NCBI GenBank assembly: GCA_965243135.1
Contig: OZ251539.1
Coordinates: forward strand, 4,480,001-4,544,000
Length of the DNA: 64,000 nucleotides
From: Alphaproteobacteria bacterium
GTDB taxonomy: Bacteria > Pseudomonadota > Alphaproteobacteria > MPNO01 > UBA830
Direction of reading: 5' to 3'
Under the pieces are notes generated by a model, which was not told where the DNA came from, ran no database searches, and saw only the letters and a program-made list of their open reading frames with translations. Made by a program: the position numbers and the translations under genes. Shown here piece by piece: positions 9,392 to 17,740 of the stretch. Position 1 is the stretch's first letter, and every line of letters begins with the position of its first letter.

Positions 9392-12250
9392 ATGGCAAAC
9401 GCCGTCATTCGCTACGACAGGGAGCTGCCGGAGATTCGAGGCCGCCGACCGTGGGAGCCGCCCGTTTCCCATCTGGTCAAGGACGACGACGGCTGGCACG
9501 AAGACGACTCCGGCCGCCGGCCGAGTAGGCTGTTGCTGGCGCCGAAGATTCGCGATGCGGTGAACGCTTGGCGCGACGGCGGGTATCAGGGCGCCTCCGA
9601 AGTCACCCGACGTCTGTTGGAATACTGGTTCGAGGAAGATCACGAGGTCGACGACTTCGACGTGCCGTTCCGATACCACTTCTGCCAGCGCGAGGCGATA
9701 GAGACGTTGATCTGGCTGGTGGAAATCAATGGCCAGCGCGACGCGAAAGCGTTGATCGAGGCCCACGGAACGATCGTTCAGAGGGATCTGGCTTCGAAGA
9801 ACCTCGAGTTCCAGACGACGATGGAAGGGAAGCGCCAGCTTCGCCGCTACATCCCGGAACGGGAAGCGGAAGGCGTGCAGGATCTGCCGCCCGAGAACCT
9901 GCGCCGGTTCGCCTTCAAGATGGCCACCGGCTCGGGCAAGACTTGGGCAATGGTGATGGCCATCGTCTGGTCCCGCCTCCACAAGCAGCACGTTTCCGGT
10001 TCGGACATGTCGACGAATTTCCTCGTCGTCGCGCCCAACGTCATCGTGTATCAACGGTTGGAGAAGGACTTCGCGAACAATCGGATATTCCGTCGGCTTC
10101 CGCTCGTTCCGCCGGAATGGCGGGGCGGTTTCTCACAGAAAGTGATTCTTCGAGGGGAGGCCACCGAACCAGATCCGTCAGGAAATCTTTTTCTTACCAA
10201 CATTCACCAACTCTACGAGTCGCGCGACCACGATTGGACACCGGGGAACGCCGTCGAGGCGCTTCTAGGCATGAAGCCGTCGCAAGACCTCGCGTCGTCC
10301 GCTCAGCGCTCAATGTTGGAACGGATTATGTCGCTCAAGGACCTCGTCGTGTTGAACGACGAAGCGCATCATGTCCACGACGATGCCCTTTGGAACAAAT
10401 CGCTTCTCGCCGTTCACGAAGCGCTGCCGCACGGCCTTGGTGCTTGGCTCGATTTCTCGGCCACGCCGAAGGACCAGAACGGCATGTATTTCCCCTGGAC
10501 GGTCGTGGATTACCCGCTAGCGCAAGCCGTAGAAGATCGAATCGTCAAAGCCCCCATCATCGTCACAAAGGAGGCCGACCAGAATCAGCCGACCGAAGAT
10601 CCCCACGTGAAGGACATTAACAGGCACAACGTGGCGGAGAAGTACGGCTACTGGCTACAGGCCGCGGTTCGGCGCTGGAAGGAGCACCAAAAGGCGTACA
10701 AGAAGCTGGGCATCAGGCCAGTGCTCTTCATCATGGCGGAGAAGAACGTCTACGCCGACGTCTTGGGCGAGCATCTATGGAACACCAAGGAGTTCGGCTT
10801 CAAACAGTCCGAGGTGCTCGTCATCCATACCAACAATGAAGGTGAGATCAACAACGAGCGTGATCTCGAAAAGGCCCGGCAAGCGGCCCGAGACATCGAC
10901 GACGCCGACAGCAGGATCAAGGCCATCGTCAGCGTGATGATGCTGCGCGAGGGATGGGACGTGCGCAACGTGACTGTCGTGCTGGGCCTGCGGCCGTTCA
11001 CCGCCACAGCCGAAATCCTCCCAGAGCAGGTGATCGGGCGCGGGTTGCGCCTGATGACGCAGGTAAGTCCGGACCGGACGCAGACCCTGGAAGTGCTCGG
11101 CACGCGCAATCTGCTCAACGTCCTCCGCGAGCAACTGGAGGCGGAAGGCGTCGGTGTGGCGAGCACGCCGACCAATCCGCCATCGCCGATCGTCATCGAA
11201 CCGGTGAAGGAACGACTGGAGTACGACATTGCCGTTCCCATCACCAAACCCAGCCTGAAGCACGACCACCGCAAGCTATCGAATCTGGACGTGCAGTCCC
11301 TCAAGCCGGTATTCGATCAGAAAGAGCTCGACGAGCGGTTCCGGATCACGCTGAAACTGGAATTCGCCACGACCGAAACCGAAGTGCATCACGAAGACAT
11401 CCCCGGCGGCGGGCGGCCCGTCGAGGAAATCCTGGCCGACGTGACCAACTTGGTGGCTGGCAAGGCAGGGCTGACCAATCGTTTCGCGGAGTTGTACCCT
11501 AAGATACGCGAGTACGTCGGGAGTCGGTGTTTCGGCCGGGAGGTCGACATGGACGACGACGCCCTCCGCTCCCATCTGGCCCGACTGGAAATAAGGGAAG
11601 GCATCGCCGATTACCTTGTCCGCAAGATCGCCGATCTCACCGTCGAACGCCGAGAGATCGAATTCGACAAGGAGGGCTTCCGCCTGTCCGAAACCAGACC
11701 CTTCAGCTGGCGGCGAAACCTTCCGCCTCTGGAAGCGCGGAAAACGGTGTTCAATTTCGTCGCCACCTACAACGATTTCGAGCGCGGCTTTGCGGAATTC
11801 ATGGACGGAGCGGAGGACATCCTGCGCTTCGCTGCGTTGGGCACGACGGAACAGGGGGCCTCCGGCACGTCGTTCCGCGTCGATTACCTGAAGCCGAGCG
11901 GCACCATCGGGTTCTACTACCCGGACTGGGTGGCCGTTCAGCGCGACGCAGAAGGCGGGATAGTCAACTGGATCGTCGAGACCAAGGGCCGCGTCTGGGA
12001 AGGCACCGACGAGAAAGATGCCGCTATGCAGGAATGGTGCCGACGCGTTACCGAGGCAACGGGCGATGCCTGGAAGTACATCCGCGTGAACCAGATCGAT
12101 TTCCGCCCGGACTTCGCCACTTTTCGAGCGCTCGTATTCGCCTTGGTCGGCAAGGTCATGACTCGAAAGCGCGACGCGAGCGGAGCCATCATGTCGCGCG
12201 AGGAGTTTCTTCAATGGCGGGATGAGGGTCGTCGCGAATGGCCATTGTGA
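9392..12250 (+). CDS. res: Type III R-M restriction subunit (Res) with antitoxin-like C-terminal extension
   Basis: FKMATGSGKT, NDEAHH, FSATP, MLREGWD, EQVIGRGLR, and YYPDW..IVETKG nuclease motif. Confidence 0.9.
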   Translation: MANAVIRYDRELPEIRGRRPWEPPVSHLVKDDDGWHEDDSGRRPSRLLLAPKIRDAVNAWRDGGYQGASEVTRRLLEYWFEEDHEVDDFDVPFRYHFCQREAIETLIWLVEINGQRDAKALIEAHGTIVQRDLASKNLEFQTTMEGKRQLRRYIPEREAEGVQDLPPENLRRFAFKMATGSGKTWAMVMAIVWSRLHKQHVSGSDMSTNFLVVAPNVIVYQRLEKDFANNRIFRRLPLVPPEWRGGFSQKVILRGEATEPDPSGNLFLTNIHQLYESRDHDWTPGNAVEALLGMKPSQDLASSAQRSMLERIMSLKDLVVLNDEAHHVHDDALWNKSLLAVHEALPHGLGAWLDFSATPKDQNGMYFPWTVVDYPLAQAVEDRIVKAPIIVTKEADQNQPTEDPHVKDINRHNVAEKYGYWLQAAVRRWKEHQKAYKKLGIRPVLFIMAEKNVYADVLGEHLWNTKEFGFKQSEVLVIHTNNEGEINNERDLEKARQAARDIDDADSRIKAIVSVMMLREGWDVRNVTVVLGLRPFTATAEILPEQVIGRGLRLMTQVSPDRTQTLEVLGTRNLLNVLREQLEAEGVGVASTPTNPPSPIVIEPVKERLEYDIAVPITKPSLKHDHRKLSNLDVQSLKPVFDQKELDERFRITLKLEFATTETEVHHEDIPGGGRPVEEILADVTNLVAGKAGLTNRFAELYPKIREYVGSRCFGREVDMDDDALRSHLARLEIREGIADYLVRKIADLTVERREIEFDKEGFRLSETRPFSWRRNLPPLEARKTVFNFVATYNDFERGFAEFMDGAEDILRFAALGTTEQGASGTSFRVDYLKPSGTIGFYYPDWVAVQRDAEGGIVNWIVETKGRVWEGTDEKDAAMQEWCRRVTEATGDAWKYIRVNQIDFRPDFATFRALVFALVGKVMTRKRDASGAIMSREEFLQWRDEGRREWPL

Positions 12251-12645
12251 TCGATGCTTCCATCGCCATCGCTTGGCGCCTGCGGGATCGTGAAGGAATG
12301 CCTTATGCCGATTCCGCGATCGAACGGGGTGGGCTGGAGAGCGTCGTCGTGCCGGATTTGTTCTGGCACGAAGTGCGCGACGTCCTGCTGGTCGCGGAGC
12401 GCAAAGGGCGCGTTGACGCCGACACTGCGGAAGATCATCTGAAAGACCTGCGCCAACTATCTTTCCAATCCGACGGCGATCAAAGTGACGATCTGATCGC
12501 CGAGCTGGTCCGTCGCCACGGCCTCAGCGGCTACGACGCAGCGTACCTGGAGACTGCGATACGCCGCGGGGCTAAACTCGCCACCCTCGACAAGAGCCTC
12601 GCGGATGCCGCTGCCAAAGAGGGCGTTTTCATGGAGGGCGACTGA
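12238..12645 (+). CDS. vapC: VapC/PIN-domain toxin
   Basis: VIDAS, VPDLFWHEV, LSGYDAAYLE and LATLD; acidic PIN residues present. Confidence 0.9.
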   Translation: MAIVIDASIAIAWRLRDREGMPYADSAIERGGLESVVVPDLFWHEVRDVLLVAERKGRVDADTAEDHLKDLRQLSFQSDGDQSDDLIAELVRRHGLSGYDAAYLETAIRRGAKLATLDKSLADAAAKEGVFMEGD

Positions 12646-13047
12646 TCTCGCATCAGGCGAATTGTTCTTGGAAGGGCTGTTCGCCCGCCTGCGAGTCCAC
12701 GTTTTCCCAAGGGTCTGATCCGCCGGGCGAGCGCGCCCGAGGCACACCGCATGTGAATGGAAATGACGGGAAACTTCGACGTTGCTGATCGCCATCGCGC
12801 AAATCGTCGTCAGCAAGTCGCCATCGTCGCCTACGGCATCCGGCGAACAATAGACGAGCGGCATACGCGCGAGCAAGACCGGAGACACATTGGAAGCCAT
12901 GCGCGCGCTGGAAACGCTGGCGCGCCGGAAGAGCTTCCTGAGCGCCCCGCACGGTGCCGCTTCCCTCCTTGAAAAATGGTCGGGCCCCCGAATGTCGGCG
13001 CCGCGGGCGCGCCGTTCGACGCCGGGCCGAAAACCGGCACTGGCATC

Positions 13048-13260
13048 TCAGGCTTCCCGAAGCATCTTGAGGGCATGGCGAAAAGGCTGGCGGCCGTGCG
13101 CTGGACGCATGCGCCATCGTGCAGGAGAATACCGTAGGTGAAGCGGTCGCTCGCAGCCTCCTTCAAGTGCGCCAGCCCGCGGAAGTCTTTCGGCTGCTCT
13201 GTCGCGCCCACCATGACCCTGACGGTCCCGTCCGGGGAGCGCTCCGGAACCAGATGCAAC
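13048..13260 (-). pseudogene. C-terminal fragment of a DUF4143-type ATPase
   Basis: GATEQPKDFRGLAHLKEAASDRFTYGILLHDG..LFAMP; the rest of the gene is absent. Confidence 0.55.
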
Positions 13261-13506
13261 CCGTCGACGAGGTCGGCACGTTCGGAAACGTCCAGACGGT
13301 TCCAAGCTGCGGCGCACCCGGCAGCCCCCACCCGCTCGCGGTGCCCGTAGAACTATTCGCTTGTCCGTCGCGAGAGCGCAAAGGGCTGGTCTGCGAATGT
13401 CCGCGGGGGAAGCCGAACTCGCGGCAACCTTCTGCGGCTGGCGCGCGAAAGGTGCGGCCCGGCGGACAACGGCCCGCTGCTGCGCCCAGACACGCTCGGG
13501 CTCTGC

Positions 13507-13535
13507 TTGACAAGATTCTGTCTATTCGTAGCGCT
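13507..13535 (+). promoter_or_regulatory. Possible sigma70 promoter of the glycosyltransferase cluster
   Basis: TTGACA at 13507-13512; only a weak -10 (TAGCGC). Confidence 0.35.
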
Positions 13536-13662
13536 TTAGCGAATGCGCGAATCGGTCGTCTCTGAGCGGATTTGCGCTCGCAGGGCAGCGCCAGCATCTT
13601 GATTCCCGCATCTTCTTGCGGGAGAGTTTCGGAAAAACGATCCTCCGAGTAGTTTCGAGACG

Positions 13663-15438
13663 ATGAGCCGCAAGAAACGACGAAGGCTGCCCGGCAAGCC
13701 GACAAAGCGGCCCGCCCCGCCGCCGGCGCACTTGCCGGCCTCGGCAGCGACGATCACTGGAGATTGGTTCGCGCAGCCGCTTGCCGCCCCGGTTCTCGCT
13801 CTTTTGGTGACCGTCAGCTACGGCCCTGCGTTCTTTGCCGGCTTCGTATGGGACGACGCGGTATTCACGGAAGCTGGAGCGATCCAGGATTGGTCCGGCT
13901 TGTTTCGCATCTGGCTCTCTCCCCGCGCCTTGGAGAACGAGGGACACTACTGGCCGCTGGTCTATACGACCTTCTGGCTTGAGCACAAGCTCTGGGGGTT
14001 CGCTCCGGCCGGCTACCACATCGTCAACGTTCTCCTGCACATCGCCAACACCCTGCTTCTCTGGCGCCTGGCCGAACGGCTGGCCGTACCCGGCGCGTGG
14101 GCGATCGCCGCCGTCTTCGCCGTCCATCCCCTGCACGTCGAGTCCGTCGCTTGGGTCATCGAACGCAAGGACCTGCTCTCGGGCCTGTTCTACCTCGCCG
14201 CCTTCCTGACCTGGATCCGCTTCGTCGAGCGGCCGCGGCCCGGGCGTTACCTCCTGGTGCTGGCGCTGTTCGCGCTGGGAATGCTCTGCAAATCCATCGT
14301 GGTGACGCTGCCCGCGGCGCTGGCGATCTGGCACTGGTGGAAGCAGGGCCGGATCTCGGGAACCGACCTTCTCCGGCTGGCGCCTCTCGCCGCCGCGGGC
14401 GCGGCGATCGCGGCGCTGGACGTGTCGTTCTACAACGAGAGGGAGCCGGTTTCCCTGGGCTACACGGCGGTCGAGCGGATGCTGATCGCGGCGCAGGCGC
14501 TGTGGTTCTACGTCGGCAAGCTGCTGTGGCCGGGCGGGCTGGCGGTGATCTATCCGCATTGGGAAGTGAGCGCCGGAAACCCGGCGGGGTGGGCCTGCCT
14601 CGCGGCGGCGGCAGCGGCTGTCGCGGTCCTGTGGCTCCTCCGTCATCGGCTCGGCCGGGGGGCCCTGGCGGGCGTTCTCTTCTTTGTGGTGACGCTGTCG
14701 CCGGTTCTGGGGTTCGTGGACTACGGCTACATGCAGTTCTCGTTCGTGGCCGACCGCCACCAGTATCTGGCGGGGATCGGGCTGATCGCGGTGCTCGTGG
14801 GCGCGGCGGCGCGCGGCGCGAGCCGCCTGCCGACGTGGCGCAAGGGCGCGGCCGGCGCCGCGGCCGTCGTGCTGGTCGTCCTCGGGGTGCTGACGTGGCG
14901 GCACGCGGAAATCTATCGCGACGAAGTGACCTTCTTCGCTCATGTCGTCGCGCACAACCCGACGGCGCGCGGCGCGCAACAAAATCTCGGCAAAGCCCTG
15001 CTGGCCGCGCAACGCCCGGAGGAAGCGCTGGCCGCTTCCCGCGCAGCGGTGGAACACGCGCCGGACGACGTCAAGGCCCACGCGAACGCAGGCGCCGCGC
15101 TCATACGGATGGGCCGGCTCGACGAGGCGGAAGAGCAACTGCGCCGCGCCCTGGAGATCGATCCGAGTCATCCGATCGTTCTCCAAAATCTGGCGGAGTC
15201 CTTGCGGAAACTGGGAAGATTCGAGGAAGCGCTCCAGTTCTACCGCGCCGCGATAAAGGCGAACGTCGGAAACGCCCTCCCGCACGCGGGCCTGGGCCAC
15301 GCGCTGGTTGGCCTCGAACGGTACGAGGAGGCCGTCAAAAGCCTCGATCGGGCGCTGGAGCTGGCGCCGGATCTCGATTCGGTCCGCGCCATGCGCGAAA
15401 CGGCGATGTCGCGTCTTCGGAAGGCGGGAGATCGTTGA
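13663..15438 (+). CDS. TMTC-like GT-C glycosyltransferase with C-terminal TPRs (copy 1)
   Basis: GFVWDD, YWPLVYTTFW, FAVHPLHVESVAWVIERKDLL, VADRHQY; multiple TM segments followed by TPRs. Confidence 0.85.
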   Translation: MSRKKRRRLPGKPTKRPAPPPAHLPASAATITGDWFAQPLAAPVLALLVTVSYGPAFFAGFVWDDAVFTEAGAIQDWSGLFRIWLSPRALENEGHYWPLVYTTFWLEHKLWGFAPAGYHIVNVLLHIANTLLLWRLAERLAVPGAWAIAAVFAVHPLHVESVAWVIERKDLLSGLFYLAAFLTWIRFVERPRPGRYLLVLALFALGMLCKSIVVTLPAALAIWHWWKQGRISGTDLLRLAPLAAAGAAIAALDVSFYNEREPVSLGYTAVERMLIAAQALWFYVGKLLWPGGLAVIYPHWEVSAGNPAGWACLAAAAAAVAVLWLLRHRLGRGALAGVLFFVVTLSPVLGFVDYGYMQFSFVADRHQYLAGIGLIAVLVGAAARGASRLPTWRKGAAGAAAVVLVVLGVLTWRHAEIYRDEVTFFAHVVAHNPTARGAQQNLGKALLAAQRPEEALAASRAAVEHAPDDVKAHANAGAALIRMGRLDEAEEQLRRALEIDPSHPIVLQNLAESLRKLGRFEEALQFYRAAIKANVGNALPHAGLGHALVGLERYEEAVKSLDRALELAPDLDSVRAMRETAMSRLRKAGDR

Positions 15439-17220
15439 AGGCAAGCCTGTCTCGAAACGAGCCGGCCGTTTTCGGGGCCGCGGTCGCGAAAAGCCCGGAA
15501 GCGCGACACGGAGATCCCCCCGGCTCGAACTTTCGGACGGAGACGTCTCGCCGCGCTTTTCGCACAAGCCGTCGACGGCGCCGTGCTCGGACGGGCCGTG
15601 TCGGCATTCTCCCGGCCGGATTTGGAATCCGGGCGAAAAACGCCCTGCCGACGGGACGTTCTTGGGGAAGGCCGCTCAACCCTGCTTGCGTTCAGGAAAC
15701 GGGCCGGCGGCGAGTTCCTCGGAAACGACATGCCCGCCGGGCGGGTCCTGGCGGCAAGCCGACTTGCCCCGGTTCCAGCCGCCGAGACGAAGGCAGGACG
15801 GCCGCGCCGCCGACGCGGCAGCGCGTCCATCAGCCGAAGCCGGCGGCATAGCCGGAATCCGCCGTCGGCATCCCTTCGGACGAGCGAAGCCCGCCGCCGG
15901 CATTTTGCAACCGAACGACGCCTGTGGCATGGTCCGGTCGGACGCTCAGCGAAGGGTGACGGCAATGAGCCGCAGGAAGCGAGGACGAAGGCCGCCCGGC
16001 AAGCCGGCGAAGCGGCCCGCCCCGCCGCCAGCCCGCTCGCCGGCTCCGGCTGCGCCGACCATTGGAGACTGGTTCGCTCAACCGCTTGCCGTCCCGGCCC
16101 TCGTCCTGCTGGTGGCCGTCAGCTACGGTCCAGCGTATTTCGCCGGCTTCGTATGGGACGATCGGGTCTTCGCCCAAGCCCTCGCCGTTCGGGACGTGGA
16201 CGGTCTCGGACGCCTCTGGTTCTCGCCTTCGGAGCTCAGGGACGAGGGGCATTACTGGCCGCTGGTCTATACGACCTTCTGGCTTGAGCACAAGCTCTGG
16301 GGGTTCGCTCCGGCCGGCTACCACATCGTCAACGTTCTCCTGCACATCGCCAACACCCTGCTTCTCTGGCGTCTGGCCGAACGGCTGGCCGTGCCCGGCG
16401 CGTGGGCAATCGCCGCCGTCTTCGCCGTCCATCCCCTGCACGTCGAGTCCGTCGCCTGGGTCATCGAACGCAAGGACCTGCTCTCGGGCCTGTTCTACCT
16501 CGCCGCCTTCCTGACCTGGATCCGCTTCGTCGAGCGGCCGCGGCCCGGAAGTTACCTCCTGGTGCTGGCGCTGTTCGCGCTGGGAATGCTCTGCAAGTCC
16601 ATCGTGGTGACGCTGCCCGCGGCGCTGGCGATCTGGCACTGGTGGAAGCAGGGCCGGATCTCGGGAACCGACCTCCTCCGGCTGGCGCCTCTCGCCGCCG
16701 CGGGCGCGGCGATCGCGGCGCTGGACGTGTCGTTCTACAACGAGAGGGAGCCGGTTTCCCTGGGCTACACGGCGGTCGAGCGGCTGCTGATCGCGGCGCA
16801 GGCGCTGTGGTTCTACGTCGGCAAGCTGCTGTGGCCGGGCGGGCTGGCGGTGATCTATCCGCATTGGGAAGTGAGCGCCGGAAACCCGGCGGGGTGGGCC
16901 TGCCTCGCGGCGGCGGCCGCGGCGGTCGCGGGCCTGTGGCTCCTCCGTCATCGGCTCGGCCGGGGACCCCTCGCGGGCGTTCTGTTCTTCGCGGTGACGC
17001 TGTCGCCGGTGCTGGGGTTCGTGGACTACGGCTACATGCAGTTCTCGTTCGTGGCCGACCGCCACCAGTATCTGGCGGGGATCGGGCTGATCGCGGTGCT
17101 CGTGGGCGCGGCGGCGCGCGGCGCGAGCCGCCTGCCGGCGTGGCGCAAGGGCGCGGCCGGCGCCGCGGCCGTCGTGCTGGTCGTCCTCGGGGCGCTGACG
17201 TGGCGGCACGCGGAAATCTA
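13948..17220 (+). repeat. ~970-bp near-identical direct repeat shared by the TMTC-like paralogs
   Basis: 13948-14915 matches 16253-17220 (offset 2305) with few substitutions. Confidence 0.9.
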
Positions 17221-17740
17221 CCGAGACGGAATCACTCTCTTCAACCACGTCATTGCGCACAATCCCACGGCGCGGTTCGCTCATCGCAATCTTGGCGAAG
17301 CCCTGACCAAGTTGGGAAAATGGGAGGAAGCTCTCGCCGCCTTTCGCGTCGCCGTGGCGCAGACCCCGGACGACGCCCGCGACCATTCCAACGTGGGAGC
17401 CGCGCTGATCATGCTGGATCGGCACGACGAGGCCGAGGAACCGTTTCGCCGCGCCTTGGCGCTGGATCCGAAATCCACCTACGCCCTGCAGAACTTCGCC
17501 TCGCTCAGGACCAGGCAGCAACGCTATCGCGAAGCTCTCGATCTCTTTCGCCGCCTCGTCCGGGTCGATCCCCGCAATCCGAGCGCCCACCATGGGATGG
17601 GCACCGTGCTTTATTTTCTCGAAAGACCCGAAGAGGCGCTCGCTTCCCTGGAGCGGGCGCTGGCCCTGGATCCCCTGCGCGACGACATACGCACCAATCG
17701 CGACCAGGTGCTGACGTTCCTGCGGCGGCGCGAGCGATGA
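15965..17740 (+). CDS. TMTC-like GT-C glycosyltransferase with C-terminal TPRs (copy 2)
   Basis: Same motifs as copy 1; real start MSRRKRG at 15965. Confidence 0.85.
   Translation: MSRRKRGRRPPGKPAKRPAPPPARSPAPAAPTIGDWFAQPLAVPALVLLVAVSYGPAYFAGFVWDDRVFAQALAVRDVDGLGRLWFSPSELRDEGHYWPLVYTTFWLEHKLWGFAPAGYHIVNVLLHIANTLLLWRLAERLAVPGAWAIAAVFAVHPLHVESVAWVIERKDLLSGLFYLAAFLTWIRFVERPRPGSYLLVLALFALGMLCKSIVVTLPAALAIWHWWKQGRISGTDLLRLAPLAAAGAAIAALDVSFYNEREPVSLGYTAVERLLIAAQALWFYVGKLLWPGGLAVIYPHWEVSAGNPAGWACLAAAAAAVAGLWLLRHRLGRGPLAGVLFFAVTLSPVLGFVDYGYMQFSFVADRHQYLAGIGLIAVLVGAAARGASRLPAWRKGAAGAAAVVLVVLGALTWRHAEIYRDGITLFNHVIAHNPTARFAHRNLGEALTKLGKWEEALAAFRVAVAQTPDDARDHSNVGAALIMLDRHDEAEEPFRRALALDPKSTYALQNFASLRTRQQRYREALDLFRRLVRVDPRNPSAHHGMGTVLYFLERPEEALASLERALALDPLRDDIRTNRDQVLTFLRRRER

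Noticed and set aside
13948-17220. Near-identical repeat pair as DGR template/variable region
   Set aside because: Both copies are coding cores of full genes, differences are not adenine-specific, and no reverse transcriptase is present.
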